Assembly: GCA_004022145.1 (NCBI GenBank)
Contig: RCNU01000001.1
DNA: 64,000 nucleotides
Strand: one strand, 5' to 3'
From: Paecilomyces variotii
Taxonomy: Eukaryota
A program made the translations under genes and the position numbers. This document shows, piece by piece, positions 49,729 to 59,451 of this stretch; position 1 is the first letter of the stretch, and each line of letters opens with the position of its first letter. The notes under the pieces were generated by a model that searched no databases, had not been told where the DNA came from, and saw nothing but the letters and a program-made list of their open reading frames with translations.

Positions 49729-50028
49729 ATGCACGACATACATCAGAATATCCCCAGGCTTGGCGGTGATCAGACATCAGACGATTCAACGTGCAAAGAG
49801 ACCGGCCACCGGGGTCATGAAGAAGATAGACAAGACTGGTCCTTTTACAATTTACGACAATATGGTTGGTCGGTTGGCCACCATGACGATAACAAAGCGT
49901 AGGGGGTTAAATACCTAGCAAGGACCGTTGCCTGTCCACAGTACCAATTTCTTCAATAAGTGTCTTTTCTTACTATTAGCAGTCATCATTTCTTTGTTGT
50001 ATAGATCGTCCAAAAGTCTATCGACAAG

Positions 50029-51294
50029 ATGGGTTTGACTTCGCAACAGGTTGACATCATTAAGGCGACTGTGCCTGTGCTCGAGCAGCATGGCCTCGCT
50101 ATCACAACCACTTTCTACAAGAACATGCTCGATGAGCACACGGAGCTCCATGGAATGTTCAACACGGCCAACCAGGTGACTCGGCATCAACAGAAGGCAT
50201 TAGCTGGTGCTCTGTACGCATATGCTGCCAACATCGACAACTTGGCGGCACTGAATGATACTGTGGAGCTTATCACCCAAAGGCATGCATCTCTGTACAT
50301 CAAACCAGAGCACTACAAGATCGTCGGAACTTATCTTCTGGCGGCCATGAAGATCGTTCTTGGCGATGCTTTGACGCCAGAGATCCATGATGCTTGGGCT
50401 GCCGCCTACTGGCTACTGGCTGATCTCTTGATCGAGAAAGAAGCCAGCTTGTACCGTTCTGCTGGCGACTGGAACGACTGGCGCGAGTTCAAGATCGAAA
50501 AGAAGGTCCCCGAGTCGGATGAGATCACCTCCTTCTACTTGAAGCCCGTGGATGGCAAACCTCTGCCATCTTTCCGCCCGGGACAGTATATCTCTGTCAT
50601 GGTGGATGTTCCGGCCCTCAACTACCCTCAGGCCAGACAGTATTCCCTGAGTGATATGCCTCGACCAGACTACTACCGTATCAGTGTCAAGAAGGAAACG
50701 GGAGTCAACCCGTCGAACCCGCAAGCTGCTGGTCACCCCGGCTACATCTCCAACATCCTCCATGATATCAAAAAGGAGGGCGATGTTGTGCTTGTCTCCC
50801 ACCCTTACGGCGACTTCTACCTCGCAGACTTCGATGGCGAGAAGGCCACCAGCAAGAATCCCATTGTTCTCATCTCCGCTGGTGTTGGTCTGACCCCGCT
50901 GACATCCATTCTCAACACGATCACCTCCAAGTCGGGTCAGACAGACAGGAAGGTTCACTTTGTCCACGGTGTGCGCCGCGGAAGTGCTCGTGCCTTCAAG
51001 GATCACATTCAGAATACCGCGAAAGCTCACTCGAATCTCAAGGTGACATTCTTCAACAGCCTTCCATCTTCCACGGAGAAACAGGGTGTTGATTACCACC
51101 ATGCTGAGCGGGTTAACCTGCACAAGTTGGACCGCAACGATGACTTGTTCCTCGACGACAAGACCACAGAGTACTATCTCTGTGGACCGGAGAGCTTTAT
51201 GACCGCCATGAAGAAGCAACTGCTGGAGCTTGGCGTCGAGCCAGCTAGAATCAAGTTGGAGCTCTTCGGCACTGGTGGTGTCCCTGCTTCTTAA
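50029..51294 (+). CDS. fhbA: Flavohemoglobin (NO dioxygenase), cytosolic type
   Basis: Globin (IIKATVPVL...FY.NML...H...HY.IVG.YLL), FAD-binding (PGQYISV, RQYSLS) and NAD-binding (SAGVGLTP, YLCGP, ELFG) motifs; intronless; no presequence. Confidence 0.95.
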   Translation: MGLTSQQVDIIKATVPVLEQHGLAITTTFYKNMLDEHTELHGMFNTANQVTRHQQKALAGALYAYAANIDNLAALNDTVELITQRHASLYIKPEHYKIVGTYLLAAMKIVLGDALTPEIHDAWAAAYWLLADLLIEKEASLYRSAGDWNDWREFKIEKKVPESDEITSFYLKPVDGKPLPSFRPGQYISVMVDVPALNYPQARQYSLSDMPRPDYYRISVKKETGVNPSNPQAAGHPGYISNILHDIKKEGDVVLVSHPYGDFYLADFDGEKATSKNPIVLISAGVGLTPLTSILNTITSKSGQTDRKVHFVHGVRRGSARAFKDHIQNTAKAHSNLKVTFFNSLPSSTEKQGVDYHHAERVNLHKLDRNDDLFLDDKTTEYYLCGPESFMTAMKKQLLELGVEPARIKLELFGTGGVPAS

Positions 51295-52537
51295 AGCGAC
51301 TTTTTAATGGTTATGACGGCGTTTTTGGTCAGATGGATTTTTCTACGCCCTAGACGGGTTAGACAGATAGTTACTACTCCCCTCTTAGAAGATTATTTTT
51401 CTTATAATTAGTTCATGAGCTTACATGTCTACATTTTTCTGTTTCCCATTTCATCTTATCTTAGAGGAGTAATATCGATTTTCATCATAAACCAAACACA
51501 GCTTCGAGCTTGACATTAGCAAGAAATCGCCAAGGATCTGATACTACTATATCTATATAGATCGTATATCGGTTATGCGATCTCTCCCAGTCATCATCTG
51601 CATTCTGTTGAACGCTATTGTTTTGAGGCCTTCTTATTCATAAAAGCACTTATTTTGGGCACTGATACCTACAAGCAAAGCTTGATTTTCTGACAACATG
51701 GGTTGAAAAGATGTATTTTCGAATCCTAGAACTGGAAGCATGGCCTTTTCATGCTGATAGGCTTCACTTTCAATAGCGAGCACTCATTGAAACAGGCACT
51801 GGTCGCTGGGTTTGTGAAGTCTATTTATACAGTACAGTGATATAAGACGGGTGTTTGATCGCGTAGTTCAAGCAAGCTTAATACCATCACTCCGTTGATG
51901 AATCTTCTTTTTCTTTTTTCGAGAATGAAAATGAAGAACTGATACTCAATCGCAACTGGTATTAACCACGCTATCGAAGCTCTTACGTTCGTAGAAGAGC
52001 ATCCACGAATATTACGATATCAACCTTGAGGGTTTGTTTGACAACTTCTAACCCAGTAACTATGGTTTCGAGAAGGCAATAGACTACTATTTGACTTGTG
52101 ACGAAGTTACTCGCTACCGCGCTCTTCTGTGTGAGGGCTACTATACAATACCGAAGTTCACCACGCTCCTTAGATATCCGCCATATCTCAGCATCAATCT
52201 CTAACATACTATGTAGTCACCCAGGACCAGCTCCTGACAGATAGAAGAATGCCAAGTAATACCCGCGTAGAGTCCCGCGCTATATCTTCTGAAGATTTGA
52301 TTTTCCTCGACAGCACCCACCACCCTTCCCTTCTGGCGGGTAGTCGATCACAATGCGCAACATCGCCAATATCACAACCACCAATCCACCAAGTAACCAT
52401 TCTAACATCGAACAACACAACCCAACCCCCTCCAATCAAAATAACATCACTTGAGCAAACAAAACCCTCTCTACAAACAACGCAAATATTCGAGTCCTCG
52501 CTTGCTACTAGCGCCGTTATTCCCCTGGCCACAAAGG

Positions 52538-52585
52538 TATAAATACCCCCTTCTCCCCTCCCTTTCTTCTTTCTCTTTTTCTCCA
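52538..52585 (+). promoter_or_regulatory. TATA box plus pyrimidine (CT) tract with no downstream protein gene
   Basis: TATAAATA at 52538-52545 followed by about 38 nt of pure C/T. Confidence 0.55.
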
Positions 52586-52830
52586 AGCCGTCTGGACGGA
52601 TGGCAGTAAGCCCTACCGCAGAGGTAGGCAACCAACTCAAATCCTCTTGTGCGGGCAGCGCGAGTCCTACTACGTAGGCAGCGGAATTCCTGCTATGGTA
52701 GGCAGAGTCAAGCCCTCACGTATAGACGCGCAAGTCCTACAAAGTACCGTAGACAGCGCAAGTCTCACCGTGTAAGCAACTCGAGTCCTCATGAGCAGGC
52801 AGCTCAAATCCTCCTTCTTTAGGAGGTCGC
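52581..52830 (+). repeat. Degenerate tandem array of about 10 units (22-30 bp), each a linker plus a hairpin
   Basis: Recurring C(A/G)A(G/A)T-CCT...(GT)AGG-CAGC; perfect stems CCTACC/GGTAGG, CCTAC/GTAGG and CCTCCT/AGGAGG. Confidence 0.75.
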
Positions 52831-53400
52831 GACCAGCTCCTGGCCAGGTTTCAATCTTTGTGGGATTTTCTTCTGGGGGCTTTCAGGGGTGTTTACACCT
52901 CGGATGGGTGGGCGGGCATATCAATCATCAGGACGACTCTTACACCACGGCCTCCGTGTGTAAAGGATACGACAAGAAAAAACTATATCGAGTGAAGACA
53001 CGAGAGAGGAGAGACAGGAGATCGGGAAAAAAAACCCCCCACACAAGTGTTCTTGGCAATGTCCCATTGTCCAAGGAGTCTGCGATACTTATCCGCTTAC
53101 GTGGTGTTTTTCTTCCTCTTCTACTCCCCAATCTTACACACATCTCTCTTCCTCGATATTGGTTTTTCTTATCTTTTCTCTATCATTTCTTCATACCGCC
53201 GTTGTCGTCCCTGATTCTACTTGTTCAATCTTTGGAATCTCATCAAAGTATACACATAATCGTGTATACGCATCTCAATACCTTTTTTTTTTTCATCACT
53301 ATCTCTCGCATGTTCCGAGGGGTGTGGAGAAGAAAAATGGCAGTTGCGATGTGTGAAGTTGAGTTTTGTATGGCTTGGGTGATGTGATGTGATAAGTACC
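52581..53400 (+). ncRNA. Candidate structured non-coding RNA
   Basis: Promoter-like upstream region, hairpin array, further strong hairpins and no credible ORF. Transcription is inferred, not shown; ends are approximate. Confidence 0.4.
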
Positions 53401-53960
53401 TATGATACGACGCGTCGAGGAGACAAGTACGTCGCGGTTCTTAATGTAAATATTTCTTCGCTCGCTCATATTACCTACATACAAGTATGCAGTTATGTGC
53501 ATTCAGTTTATTAACTCGTAGCTATATATCTTTTATTCCCTTATGATTACTTTATTCCTTCCTATAGGTATGCAGGATAGATACTTGATCCCGATGCTGA
53601 TCTTATAGAACGCTGACTTCTCCTTCTGTGTGGATAAGAAGTTGGTTCTTGGTTCCCTGCTACAAAATGTGGAAGAACTAGCTGATTGTTTCCTGTTCCA
53701 GACTGGAGCGGTACTGGAATACAAATTTCGCAAGATTCTCTTGAGCCGTTGTCGAGATGATATAGGGAAGGTCTTTTTTGTTTTACTATCGAAGAGACAA
53801 GAGAGGATTGATTCGAGTGTCGCACAGCTATGTATGTAGAAAGGATCATACGGGACACAGGTTCTGGTTTAGAAAGGCCAAGGTAATCGACAGGGGAGCA
53901 TGAATTCATTATGGAACAGAATGGTATCTTTATATCTTGTCGGGTATGCGTGCAGTCCAA

Positions 53961-55755
53961 TTATTTATCCTTTTTGCCAGACTTGACGGTCTCATCCTTT
54001 TTCTGGTTTCCGGAAGAGCGGGTCACTGAGAGAAGTTTCCACAGCGCCCAGAGGAATCCGAGGGCAACGATGATGATGGTACCAATCTCAATGGTCCTGG
54101 CTTGGATGATCCCTTCCAGACCTTCCTTGATTTCCAGAACGGGGACGTCTACCTGCTCAACCAGTCGGGACTGGACTCCTGGAGTCTTGTCCTTTGAAGG
54201 TGAGGGAGATAACTGGTAGAACATGGTCTTGGGTCCGAAGAGACCGTCCCAGCCGAGATTTACACGGTCGAACGGGTTGACGCCCATTTTGGTCCCTTCC
54301 TCAGCCGTGCAAGCCCAGAACACGATAGGCCAGGGGACAGATACAGTGCGGTTTCCAGATGGAGATGGTTTCAGGTAGCGGAGGTGAAGTGGTATGGTAA
54401 CTTCCCAGTCCTCCTTGGCCGAATCGGTTTCTGCAGGCGTCGCCAGTTCCAGAAGGAGATTCGAGCCCCAGCGAGAAGTGACCCAATCGGGAGCTTCCAG
54501 ATCCGTCTCACCCGAAATGGTGCGTAGAGCAGCCAGGTTATGGGACTCCAGGAAAAGACGATCGGTGGTTGAGAGCTGGTACTTATCGGCGAATATTGGG
54601 GATGGTAGCGTGAGATAGGAATGAAGAGCACATGTCGCATCTGCAGGAGCTGGCGGTGCAGACAGAGAGGAACGAGGAATCGAGATCTTCATCGTCGGAT
54701 GAAGACCGGTCGGTGCCAGGAACGAGACTGTATAGTCCGCAGCCTCCGGTAGCGGATGATGTCGCGACGGGAAAGAGAACATGGTGCCATCTGCGAAAAC
54801 GTTAATAATCCATCTTCAGCAAGAATGACACGAAACATACGCGGATGGTCATCCTCTCCGATGACGGCCAATAATCCAGCGACAGACAATTCCTCTGGCT
54901 CCGTAGCTGGCTGGCTGCTCAGCAGCCCAACCTCTATCTTCTCCATCCCGAGCTCACCCTTCCTGACGTCTGCTATCCATCCATTCCCCTCTGGAGACTT
55001 GGCCCAATATGCCGACACGGTCAGAGCATGCGATATACGATCATAATCGATGTCGAGGTAATCTGCAGATAGAAGCGACGAGGCATGGTTCTGGCATTCC
55101 GCATCCGACGATGGACATAATTTCTGCTGAATATATGTAACGAGTTCACTAATCGAGGGCAAGAGGCTGTAAAACTGATAAGATGCAACAGATGCGAATC
55201 GCTGAGAAATCAGGGGCGGAGTCGTAAACGATATCTTTCCTAGTGTCAACAAGCGATCCAACGAGGCGGTAGCACTGATAAGCTTACCTCTGGCAGCGTA
55301 CACTTCAATTCCTCACTGAACGCCTTCTTGAGCAGCGGACAAAGACCCTCTCTGAAAAGGCCAATTAGTATCACGTATATACCGTATAGAAAGCTCGAAG
55401 CACGTACGTCAATCGCTGCGAATCGACCGGGGTAAAGAAGACATGTAAACCGGGAGACACCCTGCTGGAAAAGGGAACGACAGCTTCAAATGGCCGCTCA
55501 GTGGCCCATCTGATATGGAGTTCATGTGCATGCTTCAGGACATTCCAGAGCTATATGGCAGTTAGCTTGGGCCAGTATCATGTTTGGTTGTAGGTATAAA
55601 GCTACCTCCGACGGGAGCTCGTTGAAGCCAAAGGTAACTCGCTCCTCGCGGGCGGAATCCAGGCCTCGAAGCTTCAATGCATCGCTGGTCAACTGGACTT
55701 GATCCTGGTCAAAGGGCGAATCTGGTCCCTGAGCGAAAGTAATCCGTCTTCTCAT
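53961..55755 (-). CDS. pbn1: Pbn1/PIG-X (GPI mannosyltransferase I subunit)
   Basis: MRRRITF...AREER.T....ELP, FTPGLHVF-like segment, FSFPSRHH, PTGLHP, C.LH.YLTLP..IFADKYQL, GETDLEAPDW, IPLHLRYL; C-terminal TM followed by KKDK. Confidence 0.9.
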
Positions 55756-56123
55756 TTTGGGAAGCGTGTGTACGAATGCCAATTGCGGCGTTGTTATCTC
55801 GGGGTCTGGAGAAGGCGGTCCGCCCGCCCAGATTCGGTCTAGCCCAGTTAGGGATGACATCACAGAGGGAACGCATCGAACATTGCCAGAATTAATTTAT
55901 TACAATTCTCTATCAAGTCTAATTAATGGAATTTGGATATCTTTTGGAATTTCTCTTATCATGTCCAATAGCAACCAGGCCGAGAATTAGGAAATATTAT
56001 AAAGACGAGGCACAAACATAGCATAAAAGTTGCAATCGACACCACCCGACCAGACCGGGTCATCCCAAAACGCCTGAAATGCAACAACATCAATCATAAA
56101 AGTTCTCGCTCAAAAATAACAGC

Positions 56124-57414
56124 TCATGGCAGAACGTCCTTCAGAATATCTTTCTGGGCAGAGGTGAGGCTTGGAGGGAACTTGACGTTCACGCGGACAA
56201 CCAAGTCTCCGCGTTCGCCCGGCTTCCTAGAGTTGGGCATACCCTGACCGGGGAAGTGCTCTTCGTGACCCGGTTGCGTAGGACCGGGCTTAGAGACACG
56301 CAGTGACTTCCCGTCGATCGTCTTGACAATGCGCTCCCAGCCGGTCAATGCCTCTTTCAGGCTCAGTTCGACGGTCACGATCAGGTTGTCACCCTGGCGC
56401 TTGAAGACGGGATGCTCTTTCTAAAGGATAGAGTTAGCACCGGATTCTAGACATTCGTGCGTATAATGATAGTAACTTACCTCCTTGACGATCAGGTGAA
56501 CATCCTGCTTGCCACCCTCTTCCTGGTCTCCGACATTCCGGTACTTGATCTTGGAACCAGCCCGCAGACCAGGTTTGATGTTGGCTTCCAGGGTAACCTC
56601 TTGTGTAGTACGCTTTCCACTCGGGTCGAACACCTTGCTCTTGGTCACGACCTTCTTTGTTGTTCCGTGGAACATCTCCTCCAAAGTGACAGGCAGATCC
56701 TTTTCCACTACAGTAGGCTCCGGGGTTGGTGCACGACGAGCTTGCTGCTGGAATCCGCCTGGGCCTCCCCTAGTCTTGAAACCACCACCGCCTCCGCCCA
56801 GGCCGGCGCCAAACATCGTCGAAAAAAGATCATCATCCATATCCGCTCCACCACCTCCGCTCTTGGCAAAGTTTTTGAAGATGTCGTCGGCTGAGCTGAA
56901 CCGGAAGCCGCCTCCAGCTCCTGGACCGGTCGTGAAGTGGAATGTACGGGCGCCACCGCCGCCGGGCATACCACCGAAGGAGAAACCACCAGGCATACCA
57001 CCAGCGCCGAAAGGAGTGCCGCCAGCTTCAGCACCGGGCGGAGGAGCGGCACCGCCGCGTAGGAGGAATTCTAGACCATATTGGTCGTAGACCTTGCGTT
57101 TCTCAGGATCGGAAAGGACTTCGTATGCTTGTGAAACCTCTGTATGGAGTTAGCATTGATTCACAATGGGAAGCGACAAGCTTCGAAGGACTACATACCT
57201 TTGAACTTCTCTGATGCTTGAGGGTTGTCCTTGTTCTTGTCAGGGTGCCACTTCAATGCAGCTTTCCTGTTTGATAGAAGTTGTCAGTGTCAAGATAACT
57301 CAGAAGGATTAGAGGGTGCTAGCAATTCACATACCTGTAGGCTTTCTTGATCTCTTCTTGAGAGGCACTAGGGCTAATGCCTAGGGAGTCGTATAGTTTG
57401 GTCTCCGCAACCAT
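56124..57414 (-). CDS. sis1: Type II Hsp40 (Sis1/Psi1)
   Basis: MVAETKLYDSLG...KKAYRKAALKWHPDKN J-domain, G/F- and G/M-rich region and DnaJ C-terminal domain; three introns. Confidence 0.93.
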
Positions 57415-57853
57415 AATGTGAAAGGGTTACGTAGCAATGTGAGGGTAAGAAGGTGTTGTCTTGTGTCTAAAAAATATACAACAGAAAGTAGATTGAAGTT
57501 TGCGGAATCCAATCAGACTATATGAGAAGGAAACAACGTGCGATGGTGAAGTACGCTTGAAGGAGGACGTTGGGTGAGGTCGATGACGGAAGAGTTCCTG
57601 AGTAGATGACGGCCAACAGCGGGGATCAGCTGTTTCGAATTGCGTAGAACGTTCTTGGAGGACGAGCGAGGGACGGAATGCTCCGTACCATAGACCTTGC
57701 TGGATAAAACGATTCTTGCAGTCTAGCGTCTGATAGTCGAGAAATTGATTCTTCAGTGTTCCTCACTGGCGAAGAGGTTGGGATTCTTGAATGAAGCGAA
57801 GCCTCGAGCAGTGACGTGAGGGCACGAGCAGCCTCCGAGAAGCGTGACACGAC

Positions 57854-57873
57854 AGAAGCTTCCAGAAGGTTCT
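57854..57873. promoter_or_regulatory. Perfect four-unit heat shock element
   Basis: aGAAg-cTTCc-aGAAg-gTTCt, 440 bp upstream of the sis1 ATG; partial element aGAAc-gTTCt at 57646-57655. Confidence 0.85.
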
Positions 57874-58650
57874 ACGAGGAGAGTTGCCCAGTTGGGAATG
57901 GCTTGTTTAACATGATGAACATGCACGAGAACTCCATACTGACTGCCAGTACAGCTAGCTAATAATGCTGGTGCGATTAATCCAAGCCAGAATCCCCAGA
58001 GTATTGTCGCGAGGCAGGGATGGCATACAAATAATGATGATGACAATCTAGAATAAGCGATGGCGGGGGGCTCTACTCTAAACTGGCTCTAGCCGATCAG
58101 ACCCACGGCTCGTGTGGCGCGATCTCCGGTCGTTGCCGCGCTGAGCAGACGAGGAGACTCTCTATCCGCCTCGTTGGGTACCTAATGGTTTCAAAACAAA
58201 TGGAGACGATGGAGAGAGTAGACGACCTAAAGTTATATAGTGCTCTCTCATGGATCCATTTATACATCCATTTGTACTGTACATCCATCTTTAGAAAGGC
58301 TAAGCGAGAGTGATCCAGACTCCAGCCGCCTGGGCCAGTCTAGATGGTAGTGAAATATATCAACTACCTAGTTAAGGTCAATTGCTGGCTGGATCCGTCA
58401 GAAAGATCATGACAGGACTGAGAAAAGTCTGGTTTGAGCCTCAATTAAGCTGAATCTTATTGCTTTTCTTATTTATGATAATTTTGGAATCTTTAGCCGG
58501 AAGAAGAATAACTACCTTTTATTAGCTGACTACGCTAAGAGCAATAACTAACTTAGGTACCTATACAAACACGGATCCTCGCATGTTTACTTCCTCCTCT
58601 CGTCAATAAATGCCTCCCTCCATACTCGAATTGGTCGCGTGTCGCCCTCG

Positions 58651-59451
58651 CTAGATGTCCAGCTTCACAACATAATCGTGATCACGGAGTTGTTCTTCAC
58701 TTAGCGCGACGTGGTCGACACCAGTGATGGTCTCTTCTGTCTTCAGGCTCCCAACACCCTGGTCTCTTCCGCTTCTTCCTCTCAGTCTGCGAACGGCAGG
58801 CTGATGAACACACGGTGCCATGATCTCATTCCACACTGCAACCGCTTCGTCACCGGTGAACTGGTTCGCTGCAGCTTCAGCAGCTCGACACTGCTCAACA
58901 GACGACTCAGGTGCATGGCACGAATTCTCCATGCGATCGCAAATGGCGTTCATAAGTTTTGACAAATCACCATAGATATAATACGTCCCTGCGAAGAGGA
59001 CGCTGTATGTGCCTCGAATCCTTGGAGCCGTGTGGGGGCAGGTGCCCAGATCATAATCTGCTGGTGGAGTGTCCATGCATGTAACAGGCACTTCGGTCGT
59101 TACAGTGGCCGTGGTCGTTTCTGTTGCAGTGGTCGTGATTGTTTCAGGCGGTTCGGTGATAGTGGTCGTCTCTGTGGCTGTATCGGTGATGGTACTTATT
59201 TCCGTAGTCGTGCTAGGGATACAAGGCGTGCAGGGAGCACCAGGGCTTGGTGTTGGCATAGGCGTTCGCGTTGGCTTCGGATGCGGGTGCGGGTGTGATG
59301 GAGGATGCGATGGCTTCATCGAAGGCGGCGGCACAGCAGGATACGTAGGTCCCTCTGGTTCAGGAGCTGGACAGGCATCATCTCCGTATTGCGCGTTGAC
59401 CGTGATCAGAAAGAAGAGGGCCGATAACAAAAAAGAGACCTCCCACCGCAT
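58651..59451 (-). CDS. Secreted Pro/His- and Thr-rich protein with Cys-containing C-terminal domain (266 aa)
   Basis: Signal peptide MRWEVSFLLSALFFLITVNA from ATG at 59451; PSHPPSHPHPHP; TTTATETTT repeats; DLGTC...ICDRMENSCHAP....EQCRAAEAAA. Confidence 0.75.
   Translation of the reverse strand: MRWEVSFLLSALFFLITVNAQYGDDACPAPEPEGPTYPAVPPPSMKPSHPPSHPHPHPKPTRTPMPTPSPGAPCTPCIPSTTTEISTITDTATETTTITEPPETITTTATETTTATVTTEVPVTCMDTPPADYDLGTCPHTAPRIRGTYSVLFAGTYYIYGDLSKLMNAICDRMENSCHAPESSVEQCRAAEAAANQFTGDEAVAVWNEIMAPCVHQPAVRRLRGRSGRDQGVGSLKTEETITGVDHVALSEEQLRDHDYVVKLDI

Noticed and set aside
52581-52830. CRISPR-like reading of the hairpin array
   Set aside because: Eukaryotic context, degenerate repeats, variable parts only 3-8 nt long and no cas genes.
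52791-53387. 198-aa ORF (and the 97-aa ORF at 52249-52542)
   Set aside because: Low-complexity translation of A/G and C/T tracts with no recognisable domain or codon bias.
52400-53500. Telomerase RNA, snRNA, SRP or RNase P/MRP identity for the structured region
   Set aside because: No CTAACCCTAA-type template or recognisable conserved boxes found by eye; an Rfam search is needed to exclude these formally.
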